NCBI GenBank assembly: GCA_038207335.1
Contig: JBBQZX010000015.1
Coordinates: 1-64,000 of the forward strand
Length of the DNA stretch: 64,000 nt
Origin: Chthoniobacterales bacterium
GTDB lineage: Bacteria; Verrucomicrobiota; Verrucomicrobiia; Chthoniobacterales; Chthoniobacteraceae
Reading direction: 5' to 3'
A model generated the notes under the pieces. It searched no databases. It worked only from the letters and a program-made list of their open reading frames with translations, and had not been told where the DNA came from. Every line of letters begins with the position of its first letter. Position 1 is the first letter of the stretch. Position numbers and translations under genes: made by a program. Shown here one piece after another: positions 40,044 through 48,442 of the stretch.

Positions 40044-40405
40044 TTAGAAGCCGTGCACCGGTTGATGCTGGGCTATTGTTTCCGCTTTCGGGGCGCGCTT
40101 GTAAGTCGCGTCGAGTGCCACGGCGGGCGGGCCCTGGACCTGCCGGCCATCGAGGAGGTGCTCCACGGTGAAAAATCTGCAGCCGCGGATACTGCCGGTT
40201 CTGCTTGCTCTCGTAAAAGCCCGCGTCCGCGTCCAAAGGACTTGATTCGGCTAACCGCCGCCATGCCGTCCTTTTCCTGAAAGAGAAGGCGTTGTAGGTC
40301 TGCGCCTATCTATTGAATGGCGGATCGATAGACCAGATCCACGGAGGCGTCCGGGAGGTAGCGGCGGAGGATGTCGAGATTGTCGCCGCAGTAGAGGGTG
40401 CCCAT
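40044..40405 (-). pseudogene. Remnant of site-specific N6/N4 DNA methyltransferase (frameshifted, internally deleted)
   Basis: Reading across frameshifts gives MGTLYCGDNLDILRRYLPDASVDLVY / DPPFN..AQTYNAF / FQEKDGMAAVSRIKSF / DAGFYESKQNRQYPRLQIF / TVEHLLDG...DATYKRAPK. Confidence 0.8.
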
Positions 40406-40564
40406 GGCGCGACTTTGCCAACCGCCCCCCGCCCCGACAAGCGCGCGGCTGCCCGTGGCGGGGCGCCGGGCTTGTTTATTTCGTTGCAGCCCTGCGCTGG
40501 GTCGGATGCACTGGCCGCCGCTTCGAGTCCAGGTCTCACAACCACTCCTCTACTTCGACCCAAT

Positions 40565-41323
40565 ATGTTCCGAGCCATCAAACGTCTCTTCATTTACCTC
40601 GGCTTGCTCGCGGAGAAAGCCACCGAGAACGACGCGATCAATCAAGCCGTCGTCGAGCGCGGCATCCGCGATGCGAAAGCCAAGGCGGACAAGGCGCACT
40701 ACGCCAACGGGCAGCTCGCTAGCCAGATCGCGCTGCTCAAGGATCAGGTGAAACGCCAGACGCGGCAGCGCGAGGAATTGGCCGGGATGCTGCAAGCCGC
40801 CGCCGCCGCGAATGACGACGCGAACGGCGCGCATTACGCCGAGGAACTCGCGACGATGGACACCGACATCGCGGACAACGAAGCGCAGCTCAAGAGCCTC
40901 GAAGAACTCTACGAGCAGAACACGCAGGTCATCGCGCAGAGCCTCCGGGAGATTCAGAAATTCCAGCGCGAATTCGAGACGGTGAAGGCGAAGGTCGCGG
41001 TCGGGCGTTCGCTCGAAAATCTCGCGGGGCTGATGAAAGGCTCGATCGTGGAGTTGCAAGGGATGATGGGCAGCGAGCTTTCGCAATCGATGCAGCAGCT
41101 CCGCCAGAGCGCCTCGGTCGGCGAGGGTCAGATGCGCGCGACTTTCGATCTGGCAAAGGAAATGGGCTCGAACGTGCAGCGTCAGCAGGAGATGAAAAAG
41201 GCCCGCGGCGCCGCGCTCTTCCAGGAATACAAAAAGAAGATGGGCATGGTGCAGAGCGACACCGCAGCAGCGCCCGCGCAGCCTGCGCCCGCCACTGAGC
41301 AACGGCAGAAGATCGCCGAATAA
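40565..41323 (+). CDS. PspA/IM30 (ESCRT-III superfamily)-like coiled-coil protein
   Basis: Amphipathic N-terminus MFRAIKRLF, long helical hairpin with AAAANDDANGAHYAEE turn, C-terminal ALFQEYKKKMG. About 250 aa. Confidence 0.7.
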   Translation: MFRAIKRLFIYLGLLAEKATENDAINQAVVERGIRDAKAKADKAHYANGQLASQIALLKDQVKRQTRQREELAGMLQAAAAANDDANGAHYAEELATMDTDIADNEAQLKSLEELYEQNTQVIAQSLREIQKFQREFETVKAKVAVGRSLENLAGLMKGSIVELQGMMGSELSQSMQQLRQSASVGEGQMRATFDLAKEMGSNVQRQQEMKKARGAALFQEYKKKMGMVQSDTAAAPAQPAPATEQRQKIAE

Positions 41324-41369
41324 CGCCACCCTTCTCGCCCGCTAAAAACCCTACCAACTCCACACTGCC

Positions 41370-43106
41370 ATGACCTCACTCGGTAAGTTTGTTCTCACGC
41401 TGCTCGTCCTCGCCGCGGTCGGATTCGGCATCTTCCGCTGGTGGGATAAAATCGCGCCCGCCTCCGATCCGCACGCCACTTCGATCAACACCGCTGCGGT
41501 AAAAGAAGAACTCGCGAAGAAGCCCGACGCAAACCCGGACGTGACGAGCAAATTGCTCGCGGGCGACAAAGCCGTCTCGCTGGTCGATGGCTCGGCGATC
41601 CCGGCCGTTGCAGGCGTGAGCGACTACGACAAGACGATGAAGGACGGCAAATTCGTCGTCGAATTTCCGATCAACGTCTGGCCCGGCTGGGCGCCGATCA
41701 TCGTCGCGAATAACGGCATGGAGCCGAACGAAGGGAGCGTCTTTTTCAAGAAATACGGCTTCTACGTGAAACTCTCGATCGTCGATGACCCGGTGAAGGC
41801 GCGCGATCTTTTCGCGAGCGGACACAGCCACGTTTTGTGGGGCACGCTCGACATGATGTCGCTCTTCGCGTCGGAGCTGGCGAAGGATTCGCGCACCGTC
41901 CCGGTGGTCTGCCAGCAGATCGACTGGTCCGCCGGCGGCGACGGCATCGTGGCGCGCAACGACATTCGCTCGATCAATGATTTCCACGCGAAGAACGGCA
42001 AGCGCCGCAAGGTCGTCCTCGCGCAAAATTCTCCGAGCCACTACTTCATCATGTCGCTGCTCATCGACGCCGGGATCGATCCGGCGGAGGTCGATTTCCG
42101 CTGGGCGGGCGACGCGCCGGCGGCGGCGAAAATCTTCGTGCAGGACAAATCCTTCGACGCGTTCGTCGGCTGGTCGCCCGACATTTACACCGTCTCCGAT
42201 TCGGTGAAAGACACGCGCCTCGTGCTCAGCACCGGCAGCGCGAACCGCCTCATCGCCGATGTGTGGGCGGTGCGGAACGACTTTTACCGCGACCATCCGG
42301 ACATCGTCGGCAACCTCGCGCGCGGCATTTTCACGGGCATGGACATGGTGCGGAAGGACGTGCCCGGCGCGGCGAAATTGCTCTCCGCGGCGTTCAGCAT
42401 TCCCGTCGAAGATTGCACGAACATGATCGGCAAGGACGGCGGCGTGGCGACTGGCGACGCGCATCTCACTAACTACCGCGAGAACGTGAATTTCTTCCTC
42501 GACCCGTCGAATCCGTCGAATTTTGAAGTCGTCTGGAATCGCGCGACGACGATCTACAAATCGCTCGGCGCGATCACCAATCCCGTCGCCGCCGCGAAAG
42601 TGAAAGCCGCGCAGCTCCTCGCGAAGATGTCCGAGGAATACAAGGACGTGCGCGACATGTCGCAGGCGACGTTCCGCCCCGGCGCAATCTTCAAAAGCGC
42701 GGAAGCCGAGAGCGGCGAGATCCTGACCAAGTCGGTGATCATCACCTTCCCGCCGAACAAGACGACCATCGACGCCGCCTACGACGCCGGAATCCCGCAG
42801 GTGATGGAGGAAATCGGGAAGCTCGCGGGTGCCTTTGGGAATGCCTACATCGTCGTCGAGGGCAACACCGACGCGACGCGCAAAGGCATCGTGCCGCCGG
42901 ACCTCGTGCGGCAGCTCAGCTACGATCGCGCGGACTCTGTGCGCCGCGCGATTTTGGAGAAATACAAATTCGATCCGAACAAGTTCAAAGTCATCGGCAA
43001 CGGCTGGGACAATCCGGTTCAAGGAATGACCGACGCGAGCAACCTCGAGCACAACAAGAAGAACCGCCGCGTCGAGGTGAAGGTCTTCCCTCTCGAGAAA
43101 GAGTAG
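41370..43106 (+). CDS. Membrane-anchored NitT/TauT-type substrate-binding protein fused to OmpA-like domain
   Basis: N-terminal TM, WPGWAP and DWSAGGDGIVAR. C-terminal VEGNTD...LSYDRADSV...G.GWDNP...NRRVEV. Confidence 0.85.
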   Translation: MTSLGKFVLTLLVLAAVGFGIFRWWDKIAPASDPHATSINTAAVKEELAKKPDANPDVTSKLLAGDKAVSLVDGSAIPAVAGVSDYDKTMKDGKFVVEFPINVWPGWAPIIVANNGMEPNEGSVFFKKYGFYVKLSIVDDPVKARDLFASGHSHVLWGTLDMMSLFASELAKDSRTVPVVCQQIDWSAGGDGIVARNDIRSINDFHAKNGKRRKVVLAQNSPSHYFIMSLLIDAGIDPAEVDFRWAGDAPAAAKIFVQDKSFDAFVGWSPDIYTVSDSVKDTRLVLSTGSANRLIADVWAVRNDFYRDHPDIVGNLARGIFTGMDMVRKDVPGAAKLLSAAFSIPVEDCTNMIGKDGGVATGDAHLTNYRENVNFFLDPSNPSNFEVVWNRATTIYKSLGAITNPVAAAKVKAAQLLAKMSEEYKDVRDMSQATFRPGAIFKSAEAESGEILTKSVIITFPPNKTTIDAAYDAGIPQVMEEIGKLAGAFGNAYIVVEGNTDATRKGIVPPDLVRQLSYDRADSVRRAILEKYKFDPNKFKVIGNGWDNPVQGMTDASNLEHNKKNRRVEVKVFPLEKE

Positions 43107-43130
43107 CGCTCACCGGGTTTTCACCCCCCG

Positions 43131-43991
43131 ATGACCGGCTTCTTCATCTTCGCGATTAGCTTCGCGCTGCTGCTCACCGCCGTCGTCCGCTTCGGCCGGC
43201 TTTCCGTGCGCCGCGAACTCTCGAACACCGTAGGCACGGTGCTCACGATTTCCTTTATCGCGCTCGTCTTCCTCGCGTGGTGGGCATGCACGCGGGGCGC
43301 GCGCATCGAGGACCGCGTCCTCTCGCCGATCATCCTGCCCAGCCCGATGGAAGTGCTTCACGCCTTTCCGAAACTGCACTTCGAGCAGGAGCTTGTCCGC
43401 AGCGCGCTGCGCTCGTTTCAGCGCGTGACCATCGGCTTCACGCTCGCCGCGATCGTGGCCGTGCCGCTGGGTGTTTACATGGCCAGCTTCGCGACGATCT
43501 CCGCGTTTTTCCGCCCGCTCGCTCTCGTCGGCGGATACGTCCCGATCGTCGTATTCATCCCGCTCACGCTCGCGTGGTTCGGGCTCGGCGAAGCGCAGAA
43601 AATCGGCTTCCTTTTCATCGGCTGTTTCGTCGCGCTACTGCCGCTCGTCATCCGCGCCATCGGCGACGTTCCGCGCGCGTTTCTGGATGTCGCCGTGACG
43701 AAAGGCGCGACGCAATGGCAGCTCGTCCGCCACGTTTTGTTCCCCGTCGCGCAGGCGGAGATTTGGGAGAATCTGCGCGCCGTCTATGGCGTCGGCTGGG
43801 GCTGGATCATCCTCGCCGAAGTCGTCAACGCGCAGACCGGACTCGGATACCTCATCTCCGTCTCCGAGCGCCGTGGGCACACCAACGCCATCTTCGCGAT
43901 CATCGTCGTCATCGTCACCATCGCCGTTGCTTGCGACCAGCTCTGGCGTCTCGGTGCGCGCCTCCTTTTCCCGTACAAATTTCGCGCCTGA
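43131..43991 (+). CDS. ABC transporter permease (NitT/TauT family)
   Basis: LPSPMEV, WFGLGE, KGATQWQLVRHVLFP and WIILAE...GLG. Confidence 0.9.
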   Translation: MTGFFIFAISFALLLTAVVRFGRLSVRRELSNTVGTVLTISFIALVFLAWWACTRGARIEDRVLSPIILPSPMEVLHAFPKLHFEQELVRSALRSFQRVTIGFTLAAIVAVPLGVYMASFATISAFFRPLALVGGYVPIVVFIPLTLAWFGLGEAQKIGFLFIGCFVALLPLVIRAIGDVPRAFLDVAVTKGATQWQLVRHVLFPVAQAEIWENLRAVYGVGWGWIILAEVVNAQTGLGYLISVSERRGHTNAIFAIIVVIVTIAVACDQLWRLGARLLFPYKFRA

Positions 43992-43994
43992 CCG

Positions 43995-44945
43995 ATGCCC
44001 GACGACGCCCCCAAACCAAGCGCCGAAGCCGTTCCGGCGCACCCGACCACGATCACGCCCGCCGAGATCGGTCACGCCGAGCACCCGAATCCCGCCGCGG
44101 AAATCGGCCTCCCCGAGGTCGTCACTTTCCGCAGCGTCACGAAGACTTTCGGCGAAGGCGCCGACGCCAAAGTCGCGGTCCAGGACGTCTCCTTCATCGT
44201 CCACGACCTGCCAGGAATCGGCGAACTCGTCTGCATCGTCGGCCCGTCAGGTTGCGGAAAGTCCACCGTCCTTCGCCTCATCGCCGGCCTGCAGCCGCAG
44301 TTCCCTCCCACCAGTGGCGAAGCCCTCGTCTTCGGCAAACCCATCGCCGGCCCGAGCGCCGATCGCGGCGTCGTCGATCAAAAATATTCGCTGCTGCCGC
44401 ACCTCACCGTCGCAGAAAATATCGCCTTCGGGCTGCGCCTCCGCGGCACGCCGGCCAAGGAACGGCGGGCCCTCGCGAACGAGTGGGCCAAGAAAGTCGG
44501 CCTCGAAAACTGCGAGCAGAAATATCCCTCCGAGCTTTCCGGCGGCATGCAGCAGCGCGTCGCCATCGCCGCCACGCTCATCCTGCGCCCGCGCATCCTC
44601 CTGATGGATGAACCCTTCGGCGCGCTCGATCCGAAGACCCGTCTCCGCATGCAGGAACTTCTCGTCGAGCTCTGGAAAGAGCAGGACAGCACCGTCTTTT
44701 TCGTCACGCATTCCGTGGAGGAAGCGGTCTATCTCGGCGATCGCGTCTTCCGCATGGCTGCCAATCCCGGACGGCTCGTCGAGGAGTTGAAAGTCGAGCG
44801 CCCCGACGAGTCCCTCGAAGACATGCGGCAGCGCCCGTGGTTCGGCGAACTCACCCAAGAGCTCCTTCGTCGCCTCGAACAAGACGCGCTCGCGTCGGGA
44901 GCCTTGCGTGGATCGCGGAAGGTGCCGCATCTTCACGCGCGCTGA
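43995..44945 (+). CDS. ABC transporter ATP-binding protein (NitT/TauT family)
   Basis: GPSGCGKS, LSGGMQQR, LLMDEPFGALD and VTHSVEEA. Confidence 0.95.
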   Translation: MPDDAPKPSAEAVPAHPTTITPAEIGHAEHPNPAAEIGLPEVVTFRSVTKTFGEGADAKVAVQDVSFIVHDLPGIGELVCIVGPSGCGKSTVLRLIAGLQPQFPPTSGEALVFGKPIAGPSADRGVVDQKYSLLPHLTVAENIAFGLRLRGTPAKERRALANEWAKKVGLENCEQKYPSELSGGMQQRVAIAATLILRPRILLMDEPFGALDPKTRLRMQELLVELWKEQDSTVFFVTHSVEEAVYLGDRVFRMAANPGRLVEELKVERPDESLEDMRQRPWFGELTQELLRRLEQDALASGALRGSRKVPHLHAR

Positions 44946-45886
44946 TGGATCACGACGAGCCGAGTTATCACCTCGAGTTTTTGAAAAGCCGCCTGCACGG
45001 CTGGGTCGGCTTGCTCACTCTCGGCACGGGCTTCGTCACTGGCCACGCGCTGCCGCTGATCGTCGGCGCGACAGCCTACTCGCTCGCGTGGATTTATCTG
45101 CCGGACCTGCCGTTCTTCCGCGGCTCTGTGGATCGTCGCCGAGCCGAAGCGCGCGCGGCGGAGGAGCAGGCGAAAGTCATGGAATTCACACGCCGCCGGG
45201 ACGCCGTTCTCGGCGCCCTCGCGCCCGAGCGCCTCGCCCGCTACCAGGCGCTCGCCGAAGTCTGCCAGAGCATCGAAGCCGCCAGTGCCGAGACCGCGCC
45301 CGCCGATGCGGACCCGCGTCTCCGCAAGCTCGACGAGCTGATGTGGACTTATCTCCGGCTCCTCTCGATCGAGGAATCGCTCGAGCGTTTCGTCGAAACC
45401 GAACGCCGCGAACGCGTCCCGGAACTGACCAAACAAGCCGAGGCCGAAGTCACGCAACTCGGCACCGAACTCGAAGCCGCCAAAGCCGCCGGCGAAAAGA
45501 ACATCGACGGCCGCCAGCGCTTCCTCGCCTCTCGGATGGAGCGCCTCGACGTTCTCCACAAGCGCCTCGAACGCTCGGTGCAGGCGCAGGAAAATCTCGC
45601 TCTCGTCGTCGCCGAGGAAGAGCGCCTCGACCAGCAGATCAAGCTCATCCGCGCCGACGCCGTCGCCTCGCGCAATGCCGGCGCGCTCACGGCGCGCATC
45701 GATGCCACCGTCCAGAATCTCGACGAGACGAACAAGTGGCTCTCGCAGATGGACGAGTTCAAAGACCTCGTCGGCGACATGCCAGCGACCGACCTGCGCG
45801 TCGGCTTCCGACCCGTCACCCTCCCGCCGCCAATCACCGGCGCCCGCCCGGCCACACCCCGCCGCAATCGCACGCCCGCTTCGTAG
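44945..45886 (+). CDS. Membrane-anchored coiled-coil protein of unknown function
   Basis: ATG overlaps the upstream TGA. About 2 N-terminal TMs, then long charged helices and a Pro-rich tail. Confidence 0.75.
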   Translation: MDHDEPSYHLEFLKSRLHGWVGLLTLGTGFVTGHALPLIVGATAYSLAWIYLPDLPFFRGSVDRRRAEARAAEEQAKVMEFTRRRDAVLGALAPERLARYQALAEVCQSIEAASAETAPADADPRLRKLDELMWTYLRLLSIEESLERFVETERRERVPELTKQAEAEVTQLGTELEAAKAAGEKNIDGRQRFLASRMERLDVLHKRLERSVQAQENLALVVAEEERLDQQIKLIRADAVASRNAGALTARIDATVQNLDETNKWLSQMDEFKDLVGDMPATDLRVGFRPVTLPPPITGARPATPRRNRTPAS

Positions 45887-45931
45887 CGCGGGCTGGCAGC
45901 ACGCGCCACGGCAGGCTAGAAGCCTTGATAC
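45883..45931. repeat. Degenerate GTAG-type REP-like element
   Basis: gtagcgcgggctggcagcacgcg...caggctagaagccttgatac. Confidence 0.4.
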
Positions 45932-47695
45932 ATGACCGACTCCCCTCCCCGTCTTCCCCTTCGCGGGTGGGCGCTCGAACTCGCGCGCCGCTGGAATTCC
46001 GCGAGCTACTCCCTCTTCATCCTCCACGGCAATATCTTCGACGTCTTCCCCGTGCAGGACGGCGCGGATCTCGCCTACGTTTCGCTCAAGAGCTTCCTCG
46101 CGCGCCGCATTTTTCCCGACCGCGCCTTCCTCCTTTTCTACGACATCAGCGAGGGCCTCACCTTCTCCACCGCCGAGATGCAGCGGCGGTTCTTCGAGTG
46201 GCTCGAGGTCTTCGATTCGGTGGAAAGCACCAGCTTCCGCGTGCAGGGTCCGCCCCGCGAATTCACGCGCCTCGCGCCGCTGCTGCGACGCTTCTTTCTC
46301 CACGCCGCGGAGAGCAGCGGCAGCGTCACACTCGTCGTCGATTTTCCCGAAAAGATCATCCCCGAGTCACCTGATTCCGGCTCGAGCGCGGAGGAGCGCA
46401 TCGCCCTCGTCACGCTCTTGAAATGGGCCGGCTCCACCGAGCTCCGCCAGCACGATGTCGGCGTGCTGCTCGTCACCGAAAGCGCTGCCAAACTCGCCGG
46501 CGACCTCCTGCAAAATCCGCACACCGCACAGATCAAGATTGAGCTGCCCGGCGCGGAGGAACGCCTTCGCTTTCTCGAATCGAAGACGCTCGGCGAAGTC
46601 GCCCATGGTTCGCCGATCAAGGACTGGAGCGACTTCCCGGCCGACGAACTCGCCAATCGCCTCTCCGGGTTGAACCTCACGCGCATCCAGCACCTCCTCG
46701 CGGAAGCCGTCCGCAACGGCGCTCGCGTCACCGCCGATCACGTCGGCCGCGGGAAGAAACGCCTCATCGAGGAATACTGCCAGGGCCTCGTCCGCTTCAA
46801 GAATCCCAAGCCCGGCATGAACCTTGACGCCGTCGCAGGCCACAAGCCCGCGAAGGCCCGCCTGCGCGAACTCGCGTGGCTCATCGCCAACGGCAAACGC
46901 GACGTGCTCGAGCGCGGCGTCCTGCTTCCCGGCCGCGTCGGCGTCGGCAAATCCTTCCTCGTCGATTGCTTCGCCAGCGAGTGCGGCCTGCCGATGATGG
47001 AGCTCGGCGAGTTCCGCTCGAAATGTGTCGGCGACACCGAGCTGCAGCAGGGGCGCATCCTCATGACGATTCGCGCGCTCGGCCCCGTCATCGTCGTCGT
47101 GGACGAGGCCGACGCCGTCTTCGGCACGCGCGAGGGCGACGGCGACAGCGGGGTCTCGGGGCGCGTCTTCGCCGCCTTCGCCGCGCATCTCGGCGACGCC
47201 ACGCTGCGCGGTCGCGAGCTGTGGATCGCCATGACCTCGCGCCCTGACCTGCTCGCGATCGATATGAAACGACAGGGCCGCTTCGGCCTCTGCATCCCGC
47301 TCTTTCCCGCGCAGGGCCCCGACGACGTCGTCGAGCAATTCACCGCCATCTCTGCTTTCAAAAAGATCACCCTCACCGATCCGATGCTCGCCTTCATCCG
47401 CGAGACGCTCGGCGCGCGGCCCCTCACTGGCAGCGACGTGGATGCCATCCTCACCCGGGCCAAGGAACGCGCCGTCCTTGCCGGCAGGGATGCCACCTTG
47501 GAAGTCCCCGACCTCGAGACCGCCGTCAATTCCTTCATCGACCCACTCGACCCCCAGCTCTTGGAACTCCAGGAACTCGCCGCCATCCTCGCCTGCTCCG
47601 ACCGCCGCTACCTCCCCGACGCCATCCGCGACGCCGACCGCACCGCCTTGGCAGAGCACCTCCGCACCCTGAAGGCGCACCTCCGCGCGCGTTAG
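45932..47695 (+). CDS. Classical-clade AAA+ ATPase with degenerate N-terminal AAA-like domain
   Basis: Walker A GRVGVGKS, Walker B VVVDEAD, SRH TSRPDLL..DMKRQGRF and LTGSDV. N-half has FILHGNIFD and LVVDFPE. Confidence 0.88.
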   Translation: MTDSPPRLPLRGWALELARRWNSASYSLFILHGNIFDVFPVQDGADLAYVSLKSFLARRIFPDRAFLLFYDISEGLTFSTAEMQRRFFEWLEVFDSVESTSFRVQGPPREFTRLAPLLRRFFLHAAESSGSVTLVVDFPEKIIPESPDSGSSAEERIALVTLLKWAGSTELRQHDVGVLLVTESAAKLAGDLLQNPHTAQIKIELPGAEERLRFLESKTLGEVAHGSPIKDWSDFPADELANRLSGLNLTRIQHLLAEAVRNGARVTADHVGRGKKRLIEEYCQGLVRFKNPKPGMNLDAVAGHKPAKARLRELAWLIANGKRDVLERGVLLPGRVGVGKSFLVDCFASECGLPMMELGEFRSKCVGDTELQQGRILMTIRALGPVIVVVDEADAVFGTREGDGDSGVSGRVFAAFAAHLGDATLRGRELWIAMTSRPDLLAIDMKRQGRFGLCIPLFPAQGPDDVVEQFTAISAFKKITLTDPMLAFIRETLGARPLTGSDVDAILTRAKERAVLAGRDATLEVPDLETAVNSFIDPLDPQLLELQELAAILACSDRRYLPDAIRDADRTALAEHLRTLKAHLRAR

Positions 47696-47733
47696 AACTC
47701 TAGTTACAGCTCCGACAGCATTCCTATTATTAC

Positions 47734-48399
47734 GTGCTCATACCTTACAGCGTCAATACGCTAACCATTCGTTCCCCTTGGGCTAATCTGAGTCTTCTGG
47801 CACTCAATCTCGTCTGCTTTGGGTTTCTCCTAGCTGGTGCAATTCCTGATGAATGGGTGGAAAAGCTCGTCCTCTTCGATTGGTCCCCGCTCGGGCTTAT
47901 CGGTCACCAGTTTCTCCATGTCGGCTTCGGTCATCTCATTGGAAATATAATCTTCCTTTGGGTCTTCGGTAATGCCTTGAACGGCGTCATGCATCACTGT
48001 GAATACCTCCTTGCTTACCTCGGTTGCGGACTCTTCGCCGCGGTCGTTCATCTTCTCGTCGATGGCTCTCCCGCCGTCGGCGCAAGCGGCGCCATCTCCG
48101 GCCTTCTTGGCCTTTACCTCGCCGTTTATCCAAAGAACGAGATCACTTGCTTTTACTGGTTCTTCCGTCCCGGCAGCTTTGAGATCAAGGGCTACATCCT
48201 GATCATCGGATGGTTTGCGTGGGATCTTTACACCGCCATCCATGGCTCCGATGACATTGCCGCGTGGGCCCACGTCGGGGGCACTCTCGCCGGCTTCGGC
48301 ATTGGCATCTTCCTCCTTAAACTCCAGCGCATCTACCTCGGCGAATACGACAACCCAAGCATTCTCAACCTCCTTCCGTCTCGCGCCCCGGCCGCATGA
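47734..48399 (+). CDS. Rhomboid intramembrane serine protease
   Basis: HQFLH..FGHLIGN, GASG and AHVGG. Confidence 0.92.
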   Translation: MLIPYSVNTLTIRSPWANLSLLALNLVCFGFLLAGAIPDEWVEKLVLFDWSPLGLIGHQFLHVGFGHLIGNIIFLWVFGNALNGVMHHCEYLLAYLGCGLFAAVVHLLVDGSPAVGASGAISGLLGLYLAVYPKNEITCFYWFFRPGSFEIKGYILIIGWFAWDLYTAIHGSDDIAAWAHVGGTLAGFGIGIFLLKLQRIYLGEYDNPSILNLLPSRAPAA

Positions 48400-48442
48400 C
48401 GATGCTGACGCTCCTTCTTCGCCGCATCGCGGTAAAATAATA

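Noticed and set aside
35700..40400. Intact integrative element or prophage at tRNA-Thr
   Set aside because: No integrase, transposase, phage genes or att duplication were seen; kept only as a possible relic.
40313..40564. N-terminal extension of the PspA-like ORF
   Set aside because: Overlaps the MTase relic on the other strand; ATG 40565 gives the typical amphipathic start.
41376..43052. 558-aa minus-strand ORF
   Set aside because: Shadow of the SBP-OmpA gene.
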